The position numbers were made by a program, and so were the translations under genes. 63,545 nt of DNA, from contig BFEA01000046.1 of the NCBI GenBank assembly GCA_003427395.1, forward strand, positions 3,117,576 through 3,181,120. Reading direction: 5' to 3'. Positions 13,963-25,469 of this stretch are shown here, piece after piece. The stretch is from Chara braunii. Its lineage: Eukaryota > Plantae > Charophyceae. Below the pieces are notes generated by a model. That model searched no databases and was not told the origin of the DNA. It saw only the letters and a list, made by a program, of their open reading frames with translations. The first letter of the stretch is position 1. Every line of letters starts with the position of its first letter.

Positions 13963-15034
13963 AGAGAATAAGAATAAGAAGAAGAAGAGCACACAACGCA
14001 AAGAAGACACGAGGCTGGTTTACTCAAAACTCCATCACTTCAACTCTTAAGATATCTCATAATACGCACAAGCACGCTTCGCCTCTACGTGTTTCGCTGC
14101 TGGCGCGCTCAACAGGCTCATCAGGAGGCACTATCACACCGGAGTTGAGATGTCAAACAATCTGACCAGCTCGACTTAAATACCTTTCCCATTACTCTTG
14201 CGCGCGTATCTTTTCCCTACTCTTACCTACCCACGACGAAACTAAGTTGCCATACACATCATCCCACCCAGACTACGGCTTTCTCCTCCCTACTGTCTCC
14301 ACTATCCCACCCGGATACTTACCAAGCATAGATATTCTTCGTGCGCAACGGCTGATTCTATTGAATCGAATGCCCCATCCATCTTCCCTGACACTTCCTC
14401 TTTTCCCACAATCTCTTCTTCTTCCCACGGTTGGCTCTCCCTTGTCTCTCTCCCCCCTCTTCTCCTACTTCTCCCGACTCCTTTCCAAACTCGTACCTGT
14501 ATGCCTGACTCCGCCATACCCGGATCCTCCACCTTCGTTCTCGCCATCGGTCCGAATCGAAAGCGTCTGCCTTCCCTCTCAGACAGTCTTCGGAGATCGT
14601 CATTCTTAGCGTCATATCTTTTGCTATTTTTCTACCCGCATAACCCAATCTAACTATTTTACACTGTCTACCGGCGCCGAACCCGCATGTTTTTTTGTAT
14701 TCGATGAAACGCACCGCATCGATTGACAAAAAACTCCCAACAGGCTCGAAGAGAAATAGCACAACGTACCAAAAACAAAGATTACCACTCGAAAAGCAAA
14801 AAATAAAAAATAAAAAATAAAAAATAAAAAATAAAAAATAAAAAATAAAGTCGAAAAAACGAAAAACGAAAAATCGTCAAAACCCAACAAAAACACCTCG
14901 AGCAGCATCTGTCGAGGTGACCTGGGCTTGTTTCCTTCCCCTACCTACCCACAAATTTTCTCAGTCCGGGGTATTCATTGGAGAGGTAAACCCCCAATGT
15001 ACCTCCAGACACCCTGACAAACCTAGCCAGGGCA
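13963..15034 (-). repeat. 3' pseudo-LTR of the Penelope-like element
   Basis: Near-identical to 29312-30336. Confidence 0.9.
14081..14129 (-). ncRNA. Type I hammerhead ribozyme, minimal stem III
   Basis: Minus strand reads GCCTC-CTGATGA-GCCTGTTG(AGCGCGC)CAGCAGC-GAAA-CACGTA-GAGGC. The core is intact, stem I is GCCTC/GAGGC and the cleavage triplet is GUA. Confidence 0.85.
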
Positions 15035-17698
15035 CCGAGAGAGACCTCCGGGGGGTATCCCCGGAGGCGACATTCTATTACCAAGGCAGCGATAGCTGCT
15101 ACCATAGCTTCATCCGACGTGGCAAGCTTGTGCATCCTTACGAGTGTTGAGAAGATAGATGCCTTCTTACTCGCCTTCTTCGAAAACAAAGAAAAATCTT
15201 GCATGGACTGCACTCTCAAAATCCCGTAGTTCCTCAGAGATGTCTGGTTCCTGGTCATCGGGTGTATGATGAACTTGATTGGCTCAATCAGGACGAATAT
15301 CCGTGTTCCTAGAAATTCGAAAGAATTCTTCCCATCGTCTTTCCTCACGAGCAAGAGACTGCTATCAAAGCACACTTCAAACTTGTTCAGTGATTGTTCT
15401 GCTTCATGAATGGTCTGTGCGTCTCTGGAATGAAATGCTGATACGACAACAACATCATCGATCATGCGCATTCCCATTACCCAATTGATCCTTCTTCCCA
15501 GTGAACTCACGAATCTTGCTTCATCAAAAGCACACACCAGGCATGCAATTGTGAGACTCGAGTTTCTTCCCATAGGAATGCCAAATATCTGCCTCAACGT
15601 CCTGCCGACGCTCTTTATATACGTATGAGTCAACTCGAACTCAGTAACCGCCGTAATATCCTCGAATCTCATGCACACGAAACCCTCTTCCTTCTTCGCC
15701 TTCCTCATCATTGCGCACAGTTTTCCTCTGGCACTTACCTTAACTCTGATCTTCCCTCTCTCCTTGTGATAGTTAATCACCCATAACAATGCTTCGATAA
15801 TACTACGATGAGACAGCCGCGCGAACATGTCCTTGACATCATAGCTCCTTGCGAAGGCTCCGTAGGCTCTCTTCTTCAGCTTCGATTCCATGCTCATATA
15901 GTATTCTCTAACTTCATCCATTGATTTCAGATCGAAGTGGAGCGTCCGATCGATTCCGAACAGCATGTATCTAATCGCTTTCCCGACTCTTGATCCGACC
16001 AACCTTGCCGGGTCATGCGTACAAGGAGAGATGGGACGCCACCTCCCAAGATCTTTATCCTTGGGAAGCACGTATGCTTGGCCGACCTTGCCACCTGTTT
16101 GCCATCTCGCCACTCTACGTAGTCCGCTGCTCTCATAATCCTTCTTCATCGTTGATAAGATCTCTTTATCCTCCTGATGCATGTCAACGTAACTGCCACT
16201 CAGATTAAAGATCTCCTTGCAAGCTTTGCCATACAAGAAGGGACACGTAATGAGGGTCGCGCCCGGGTTCCTATCGATGGGAACGGCAACCAGATTCTGG
16301 TAAGCAGTCATGCTGGCCCTTACTTCTTTCACCGACAAGGTACTAGAACCTTCTCTCCTGCGAGCATCAAAGCACCTCCTTATCTCTTCGTGGTTCATTC
16401 GCACGTCCTTCCCTTTCGCCCACGGTTTCACCCCTTCACCAATACATTCCTTGAGCTTCCAGTCTGTAATCTCAACTTCCTTGGTAACGTTCTTTGAGTT
16501 TGCCATGAACGCTGGGATTCCTTCAATCTCTTCAAGACGTACCTTCACATGGCCTTCTACCCTTGGAAGATCAAAACCTTGGCACGTGCACTCAGCTTCC
16601 CTCTTTTCAGCAAAGAACCAATGATTGTGAATCACTCCACCCACGGTGATCCTCTTCCTCAGCACCACCCTCACTCTTGCTCCCACAAACGAGCGAATGT
16701 ATTGATCAGGAATGATTTGCTCAATAACATTCGACGTCACGCGTCTCACTTCCCCCATCAGAATCCTGGGTGAGAAAGGAACCTTAACACACGGTTTCCT
16801 ACGAATTTCTACTCCATATTTCCTCCTAACTACCTTCGTTAGCACGTACTTCAGATGACTCCACTTTTTCTTTTCAAGAAACAAACTCGAGGTCCGATAT
16901 AGACCAATGATTTCGTCGGATCCTAACTTGTATATTCTCCGGACTCTCCCGGGAAAGCGAAGAAGTTCCCGGAGAACGTTCCTCCTTCGTTCCACACTTG
17001 AAGACAGTACCTTAATCTTTGTAAGCGAAAATAACCCTCCTGCTTCTAACTGCCTCTTGCACTCTCGAATAGGAAACTCCTTCCCTTGGACTACTATAAC
17101 GCTCTCTCCCACCTTTCCTTTGACGACTTGCCACCTATCTACCCATGCAGACCCGCCGGTGGAATGGATTTGTCGCATTCCGCCCTTCTCTTTCACTTCC
17201 AAGATAGCATCAATAATCGAGGCCCTGGAATTAAAAATAATCACTGCTCCTCCGGAATTGTAGCTTCTCCTTTTTCCTCTTTCTCTCTTTCCCTTCCTCC
17301 TCTTCCTCCTCCTTTTTCGTTCATATCCATTTCCTTGAGTGTTCAAGGCGGGTGAGAGTCTCCGAATCAGCGTTGTCTCTACCTTAAAAGGATCGGAGAC
17401 TTTACTCACCAGGGGTACAACAAGGTACTTCTCCCAGCCAAAAATCTTCAACCAGTTGTGAAGTTTCGGAGCATTCCCTATTTCCCCCCTGATCGCGCCT
17501 CTCACGTGATCGTTCCATCGGATGATGATCTTCCTAGTAGTGCACCCAAGATAGAAATGGCGGCAAAATGGACTCACTACTGTGTACACACCCGGGTCTT
17601 CCGTGGACACATCCAACTCTTCCGCAGCGATGCCCAACCACTTTTTCCCCCATGGACACTCTCCCCGAATCACGCTGTCGGCCCGGATACCCTTACAA
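14941..17698 (-). CDS. Penelope-like GIY-YIG endonuclease + reverse transcriptase (ORF2); true N-terminus displaced to ~27695-27808
   Basis: GVYTVVSPFCRHFYLGCTTRKIIIRWNDH..E..LIRRLSPALN (GIY-YIG); IDRN, YVLPKDKD..RPIS, SYDVKDMF, QIFGIPMG, RMIDD, FLG (PLE RT motifs). The first ~39 aa of the computed 957-aa ORF come from the inserted element. Confidence 0.92.
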
Positions 17699-19648
17699 GG
17701 GTATTTGGGCACGTTTTCGCAGCTCGCAGGAAGAATGTCTCTGGTGGCATCTAGGGGCGGGTCCCAGTTGTGTTGATTAGGGAGTGTGTGAGCGTGCACC
17801 TTGTGGGCACACACTAGCTTGACCGTACCTTGACCGAGGAAGTCTATGAGACGCCAGTGGAATAAGTGATCATTAGGCTAGGATGTGGGGGTAGGTGTGG
17901 CCTCGCACGCTCGGACGAAGTTCCGGGCGGCGTAGAGTTGACCAAGTAAGACTGTGATTGGAGGGGGTCATAGTCCCTGAATTGTTAGAGGCCGACGCTC
18001 CGGGCGGCGCCGTGTGAAACTATCACGGACACTGGGTTGACCAGGCCTCGTCAGTAGGGGCCGCCGCTATCCTGATGAGAGGATGGCACCAACGGGCAGG
18101 GTCCCTCCGGCGNAGGCAGCGGTAAAAGGGCCGGCCGCGGTAGGCTATGAGAGCCTCGGGCCGCGACCATGGCATATAGGGGCGACACGCGTTGTGAGCC
18201 AAGCTGCGCCTGGCCGCGAGGCAGCGGAACGCGACATTGCGGGGCCCTGAGGTTGAGGGGTGAGCCAAGCGGTGGCCTTGGCACACTCGTAAGGGCCTGG
18301 GCATGCGGCAGATACTCTTCATATGGAGGGCTGCGCCTGTTATCTCTAAGTTGGGGCTTAGCCCTATAGGTTATGTCATTGAAATTTCACCAGGTGAATC
18401 CTGGGATCGAGGCTAGTGCAGAGCAGCAGAGCAGCGGAGGAGCACTATGGCGTGAGCCAAGGGACTACGGCGTGAGCCAAGGGGTGGAGGGTCCCGCGGG
18501 ACTATCCCCCTTTGCTTTTTGCGGGGGTCCCCGACCGCGGGCCCGCGAGGTGAGGCTGAGGACCAGGTACCAACGGTCCTCTCCCACATCCGGTTTTACC
18601 CCTTTTTATTTTTGAGTGTATATATATATATCGTATATATATTTTTTTTATTTTATTTTTTTGCTTTTTTTTTCTATTGCTACTTTTCCTATCTGGGAAT
18701 GAGGACCTGTACCAGTGCTGGGGCTTGCAGCGGCGCCCAGCAGCTTGTCCAGTGGATACACCACTGAACTGTTGAAGTACAGGCCCTGTTTGGGCCCCAC
18801 ATGAGATAGATCAGTGAAACACCACAGTCCTGGATTTTTTTCTGAGAAGGAGCGGTGCCACTTCCCACAACGCTGGCTGTATGAGCTAGCTCGGCTGGTA
18901 CACTCTTGAGTTGATGACACACAGGCATGAGTTAACAGTGGACCGGCCCATGGGACAGACCAGGGGGCTCACCTCAAGTGATAAGCCAATGAACTACTGA
19001 TATGCAGATCCTGTGCCGGATCTGACCTTGCACAGCCTCATTGTGGGAACTCCCTTTTGGTCCTTCGGGACAGTGAAAAAAAAAAAAAAAAAAGAGAGAG
19101 AAAAAAAGGGGGATTTGGGGCAACGAAGGGGGAGTTGACGCAGCCCACCTGTGGTAAAAGGGAGGGGGCAGGTGCCTGGCCAGGGCGTAGGACAGAATGC
19201 CAATAGACCCCCCCCCTTCCGGGTCTTTGTTAGTGTTGTATATTATGGTGAAAGTTTTTCCCTCTGTTTTAAAATTTTTATTTTCCTGATTTTTATAGAT
19301 ATATACATATTTTCTCTGTTTGAACGGGGCCAGGTACCGGTCTCAGGACCGGCCGTGAGTACTAAAGGCCTGGCTCAGTGGGAACACCACGAACTGCTGA
19401 GCTACAGGCCGTACTTGAACCCAGATAACGGGTAGGACCAGGTACGAACGGTCCCCTTCCCCGTCCGTTCTTTGTTTAGATTTTTTTTTTTTTCTTCTTT
19501 TTTTCTTGAGTTTTAAATTATATTTTTTTATCTACCTTTTTTCGATTTGGATGAAACCCGGCACCGAGGCCGGGATCTGCAGTGAGACCCGGCTGCCTAG
19601 GGCTATGGATACATCACAGGCGGCCCGGGCACTGNTTTCGGGGCCNTA

Positions 19649-19666
19649 GTCCTTCGGGACATCNGT

Positions 19667-19698
<32 letters not shown>

Positions 19699-19727
19699 GG
19701 CCTCTGCACCTGGGTGACGCTATAAAA
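19649..19727 (+). pseudogene. U6: U6 snRNA-derived segment: 5' two thirds, diverging through the ISL, no oligo-U end
   Basis: GTCCTTCGGGACATCnGTTAAAATTGGAACGATACAGAGAAGATTAGCATGGCCTCTGCAC matches the plant-type U6 5' stem-loop, ACAGAGA box and AGC triad. Confidence 0.9.
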
Positions 19728-22700
19728 CCAGGGGAGGGCCGCCCGGCATTGTTGCTGGGNGTGAATGCACGGTAAGTTCCCGTTGCTGCACGTNCCCCCC
19801 CCGACTGAGTGGGTTGCGGAGCGCTGCGAGGGCAGCATCGGACGAAGGTGGAGACAACTCATGCTGGTGGAAAGATGGTAGTATAGAGGGAGGATTAGGG
19901 AGAGGGAAGATAGCACAGGAGAACGCGGCACCATGAGAGAGGACGCTGGGGCGAGCAGCCGGTGGTGGTGACGGAACCTGGCCTGGATGTGCGCCAGGTG
20001 CATCCGTTGGCAGAGGAGATGGGCATGGCAATGGGGAGGAGGACGTTGTGACGGAGGGGGAAACTCATAGCGTTAGTGATTCTCAGCGGATTACGGTAAA
20101 GAAAGAGCNGAAACCACGGCTCTGAGGAAGGGCGATTCTAGTGGTGGTGTTGGCTTGGCTGTCCGGTTGGTAATACGGGAGTTAGAAAATGGAAATACTG
20201 CGCCGAAGAGTCGGGGAGGTGGACAAGAGGAAAGGCGAAGGAGACTTTTTTGCATATCTCGATCGTTTCTCGACCTATTTGAATGATTCAAGTTGCTATC
20301 TGGGGGTTTCGAGGTGAGCCGAAGCTGATGGCGGGGTCGAATCTTACATCGGAGGAGTGGATTAGGCGGTGTCCAGGGCATAGGCTGCGCGACCAGNNNN
20401 NNNNNNNNNNNNNNNNNNNNNNNNNNNNNNNNNNNNNNNNNNNNNNNNNNNNNNNNNNNNNNNNNNNNNNNNNNNNNNNNNNNNNNNNNNNNNNNNNNNN
20501 NNNNNNNNNNNNNNNNNNNNNNNNNNNNNNNNNNNNNNNNNNNNNNNNNNNNNNNNNNNNNNNNNNACTGAGAGTTGAGCACGGTAGCAGGCGAGGTGCG
20601 CAGAGGAACCGATGACTGGGCTGGTCGACTGATTGAACCTGGGCACAGATCAGCGCCAGGTACAGTCGGAGATTGGGGCAGAGAGCAACGGCGGAGGCGA
20701 ATCGGACCGGGCGTAGTGAGCGTGAGGGCAGCAGGGCGAGCCAGCGAAGGTGGTGGACAGCAGCGCAAAGGAAGTGAAGAGCAACCCGGGGATCTTTAGC
20801 TGGCGAAGAGGTGAATGAACCTGAGCACAGTTTCGTGCCAGGTACAGCTAAAAGTGGACAACGCAGCTACAAAGGGAGGGCGGCATGCGAAGGGACAAAT
20901 CCGGACGGGAAAGGGCGTTGGAGGCATGCGCGACAGCATCGGTGGTGGCAGGCAGGAAAGCGGGGTGCAAACGAGGAGAAAATGAGGTATCGATGATCGA
21001 GGGTGGGCATTGGTGTGGCTCGTAGCCCCACCTTCGTTGTAGTCGAGTCTGCCCTGCAGTTGTTGTAGCCCATCCTCACGATCTGGTGGTTGACGTGATC
21101 ACCTCTGCTGCCTTGTCGCTATCCTTTCCTGAGTAGCTGCGGTCTTACTGCGGTGATTGTTCCTTGCTATTGTCAGATGCCTCAGTCAACGGGCATCCAA
21201 GCTCAACGAGCCACCTGAGTTATGAGTTAGCTGCAGCTGGGACAGAGGAGGGTGGTTGCACGTACGGATGGGGGCGAGACGAAATAAGGAGAGGGAGAGA
21301 GAGGTGCAGGCAAGCGCAGCCCCGGCCAATTGAGGGAGCTGATGCGACGGACAGTGATTGACTGTGGGGTCTGCCTGCACCCTACTGATTGGAACTAGCC
21401 TGCGAGGAGGGAACGTGCCCCGGCTGGACGGTTCGCTGCGGGTTCGGCGTCCGCAGGCTCTTATGTTGCTTACGGACCGCGCTGCTACAGTCTGGATTGG
21501 GTTCCCCACAGTTTGGAGCTGACCACATTCAGAGTAGGGGGCGCTGAGAGGGATAACGTGAGGAGGGGAGTTTGGGGCTGTAAGAGTCAGCGCAGCAAGC
21601 AGAACTAGTCGTNAGACACTACCGCCATCACTACCCCGACTACTGCTTGAGAGGCTCTGGTACTGATGTTNCCNTACTGCTNTCACTNTTGCTAAGCCGG
21701 TANTGGCCGAAAGGCTGCNTGGCCTGGCTAGGGGCTGNAGTCCAACTCGGACCGACCTAGGGTCGAAGTGGTCATCTGCTGTTGTTGGGCAGGATGCTCC
21801 GAACTGCTGATTGTCAATCTACTACGCCACTGTTACTAAGGCACAGACAATAGACAACCCGTAGAGGAGTCATTCTTCTCAGCGTCTAAGTGGCTGAAGA
21901 GTCTGGTACTATTGCGGCATTACATAGAATACAGTCAGTGGCTGACTCGTTCAGGGACAGAAACAGTTGGGCGCCACTCCATACTGTGTGTACTACTGAC
22001 TGATCGAGCTTACCATACTCCACAAAACTTGCTGAGGAACTTACCGGTGAGGTGGCCCTTGTCACCAGCAGACTGTGGGGCTTCATTTGCTGCCGCAGCA
22101 AACTTATTGGAAGTATCACGCCCTGGTTGCAGCATAAATTCTTATTTTTTTATTATGTTTTTTTTTTTATTATGTTCTTTTTTTTATTATGTTCTTTTTT
22201 TTATTATTGTTATATCTTTTTTTTATTACACTAGGCCTGCGCAGACTGCGGCTGTTGGTTACCGCAATTACTCGTGGTGCTTTCTGTTGTGCACAACACT
22301 GAACATAGTGGGCTTTAAGTTGGAGTCCTACTGAGCGTATTGTCTGATTTCACCCGCTGACTATAGTGCTTCGCAGCATAGCGGCGGCTGCTAGACGCCT
22401 TCCGTTGAATATCATTGGGGTTACTGTGCTTTGTTATGCCCTCTGCGGGTGGTACCACTACGCCCGCTGTGTAATACTACATTTCGCATAGGGCCTGGGG
22501 TTGTGCTCTAATTTGAACAAGCGTCCTACTAGACTGAGTAGCGGTAGGTAGACGGAGGGGGAAACCACTGTGTGCTCAGACCAGGGAACTGGTGCTGGTC
22601 CGGACGGTTTAAGTGAGCAGGTCGCTGCCGCTGAAGAGGCTGTGGAACGGCTGTCAAGACTGTGCCACCACGGAACACCCACTGTTGCGGTCAAAAGACT

Positions 22701-24280
22701 GCTGTTGCGGTACGGTTCATAATTACTACCAACTGTGTAGCTTGCTATTACAGTCAACCATATAGCAATGTTTGACTGCGCAACAACATGCGGCTGTCCC
22801 TGCTAAAGGGCATGGCAGTTCAGGGCAGCTGCTGGTACGCCATGTTTAAGGGCATACGGTGCGAACAGTACCCTTTGTTGTGCACAGTTGGACGACACTG
22901 AAGGCTTGCACACTTGAGTTGCGGTGCAGGGCGCCATTCCTCACTGTACGCCACTGTTGAGTTCCTTTCCACCTGCGTGGCTGTTGGCCTTTGAAGTTAT
23001 ATACTTGGAGGGCGCCCGCTGCTGTGGGTTCCTAGTGATGGTCGTGAGGAGGGCTCGAGGGTGATGACTAACGGCTGAGGACAGCCAGCGGAGTACGGCT
23101 GCTGTATGTAACTAAGTAGCGTTGCTGCAGTTGGATCGGGCTTCCGCAGCACGCGGACCACAGGTTGCTGAGCCTGGTTAGACGGCACTACAGGCTTGTA
23201 CCTTGAGCTATATAAGGCAGGCCCCTTACACCTATCAAGAAGCGGTAACTCTTACTGTGTACCGGCTGCGGGCTTTGTTGTGCCTCTTGTGGCACAGGCG
23301 GGGGCCGTCGGTGCACTGCCTTACTACGAGTGTAGCATATGGTTGCTACTGTCTGTCAAGGGCTGCAAGCGTTGGGCAGATCACGGCTGCAGCATGACTA
23401 TACAGCGAGCTGTGTGGGGTTCTCATTTGCCGCCATAACAACTTTTTTGGGATTATACAGCAGCGACCGCTGCCATTGAATCGGACTGCCACTACGCCAA
23501 GGCTGGGGGCTGTTACTACGTTGGGCACTGCGAAAAGCACTATTGCTGAGTAGGACGAGGTCCCCCGCTGCGGACTGCTGCTGTGCACATCGAACGTTGC
23601 TACTACCGCGGTTGTATCATTACCTTCGAGAGACTGCAGTTGTGGACTGTGGATGCTGTGTCCATCCGAGGTTGGGACTGGTTGCTGCTGCGTTTTCCTG
23701 GCCATCATTGCAGGGCCCTCAGGACTTGAAGGCTACAAGGCCCTCTCACAGTGAGATTGAGCGCACCTCCCTGGGATCTCGAGAGTCTGAACTTTCTTTC
23801 GCTGCCCTTCTTATTCTAAGTCTAGTCTGGGGTTACGAGAGGAAGGCAACAGGCGGGATTGAAACCCGTAGGACCGCGCCAAGGCCTCTGTGGGAGGTTG
23901 CCCCACCGATTGCGGGAGCTCTGCCGGAGCCCAGGCGGGGTTCTGGAGGCAGGGAACTTCAGGTATAATCTCGTTAACCTGTGTGATCCCTTCCCCTATT
24001 TATTATCCCTGGGCTATCTGAAGTGAACTATGTAAGGATATTACTTTTTGCTTTGCTATGTATGTCAGGACATGCATTATGAAAGGTAAATCAACAAGTG
24101 TATATGAGACTTCAGATCTTTTGAGTAAATTCAGACAGAGGTAAACTGGGGGAAGGTGGGCTGAAGGTTGTATTGCATATATTGACTGGGTCAACCAAAG
24201 GCTGGACCCCTCTAGGTTGAGTGGGTTCAGTGTTGTGTTTATTTTATGTTTGCTGGGCTGCTTGTAAGGGTTTGAGGGTT

Positions 24281-25469
24281 GGGCCAACCCTAAGTTGGAC
24301 GGACCAGTCGCTGTTTCTTTTTGGGATTTCTGAAAAGGAGGATGGGCACCCTAAGTTAGGAGGTCCCAAAATCCTGGTGTTTCTTTATGGGTTGCTGAAA
24401 ACAAGACTGGGAACACTCTAAGTTGCATGGACTCAGCTCTGTGTGTGTTTTCTTCTGAGGGGGACACAGGCATAAGGCTGAGCGTACCCTTAAGGTAGGG
24501 CGGCTCAGTCATAAGCCATGAACATAATGATCAACCCAAGTATACAATTTTGATATATATTACGAACCTATATCATCTGGCAGACCGGGCACCCTAAGTT
24601 GGGAAAGCCAGTCAGTAAGTCAGGTAGAACAAAAAGAGGAGAAAAGTGATGAAGAATATAACGAAGGTAACCCGGGCAGGCTGAGCGTACCCTTAAGTTA
24701 GGGCGGCTCGGTCTTATGCTCATGACAAGACAAAGGATCAGAGAGTTAGTATAAACTTGTTTTATTTTCCCTTCTAAACACAAGGTAGGATTGGATGTTT
24801 CCCTAAGTTGGGTAGGTCCGATCATCTGCCTAATAAGCGAGAAACACATATAGTTTGTGTAAGTATCAATGGTTGTTCTCATATGATTGTCGTTACGGAG
24901 GCTAAGCGTACCCTTAAGTTAGGGCGGCTTAGTCACACGTCGTTGTACTTGTTCAGGCAGATCCTGCCCAATGCAACTATACTATTTAGGCCAGCCAGGC
25001 ATACCCTTAAGTTAGGGCGGCCTGGTGATAGGCTCATGTCGTTGACGTGATGTAGGTTGGACGTACCCTTAAGTTAGGGCGGTCTGACCATTCGTCATTT
25101 GCGTTTATTCTGTAGGTTGGACGTGCCCTAAAGTTAGGGCGGTCTGACCATTTGTCGTTCGTGCTTGTTCTAGGCAGGTTAGGCACACCCCTAAGTTGGG
25201 GCAGTTTAATCCTATGCCCTATGTAACTTTGTGTAAAGCTGGTTAGGCATACCCTTAAGTTAGGGCAGTCTAGCTTTACGCTTCATGTCGTCAGTTCTAG
25301 CAGAAGCCAGGCGTACCCTTAAGTTAGGGCGGTCTGGTCATATGCTTTATGACTAGAGTTTACCTGGAGTTGGGCATACCCTTAAGTTAGAGCAGTCCAG
25401 TTGTGCGTACTTTTACTTGTTTACTTAGGTAGGTTGGACATACCCTTAAGTTAGGGCCTTGTCTGATCC
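24281..25469. repeat. Array of ~16 hairpin repeats (core ACCCTTAAGTTAGGGC) with mostly non-repeated spacers
   Basis: Copies lie near 24283, 24345, 24410, 24477, 24587, 24679, 24790, 24900, 24993, 25055, 25115, 25177, 25241, 25306, 25369 and 25432. The period is ~60-64 bp in the right half. Confidence 0.9.

Noticed and set aside
18010-18110. Hammerhead-like CTGATGA (+) and CTGACGA (-) words
   Set aside because: No correctly placed GAAA and stems could be built.
18582-18630. Plant snRNA USE-like TCCCACATC followed by TATA
   Set aside because: It is followed by a T tract rather than an RNA gene, and lies 1 kb from the U6 segment.
18911-19000. Possible C/D box snoRNA (TGATGA...CTGA)
   Set aside because: No terminal stem and no convincing rRNA/snRNA guide complementarity seen.
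21000-21110. Weak resemblance to an LTR-retrotransposon RT motif (HQIVRM)
   Set aside because: Too short, with no other RT motifs nearby.
24281-25469. True CRISPR array
   Set aside because: The context is eukaryotic, there are no cas genes, repeats are variable and spacer lengths irregular. I kept it only as a CRISPR-like architecture.
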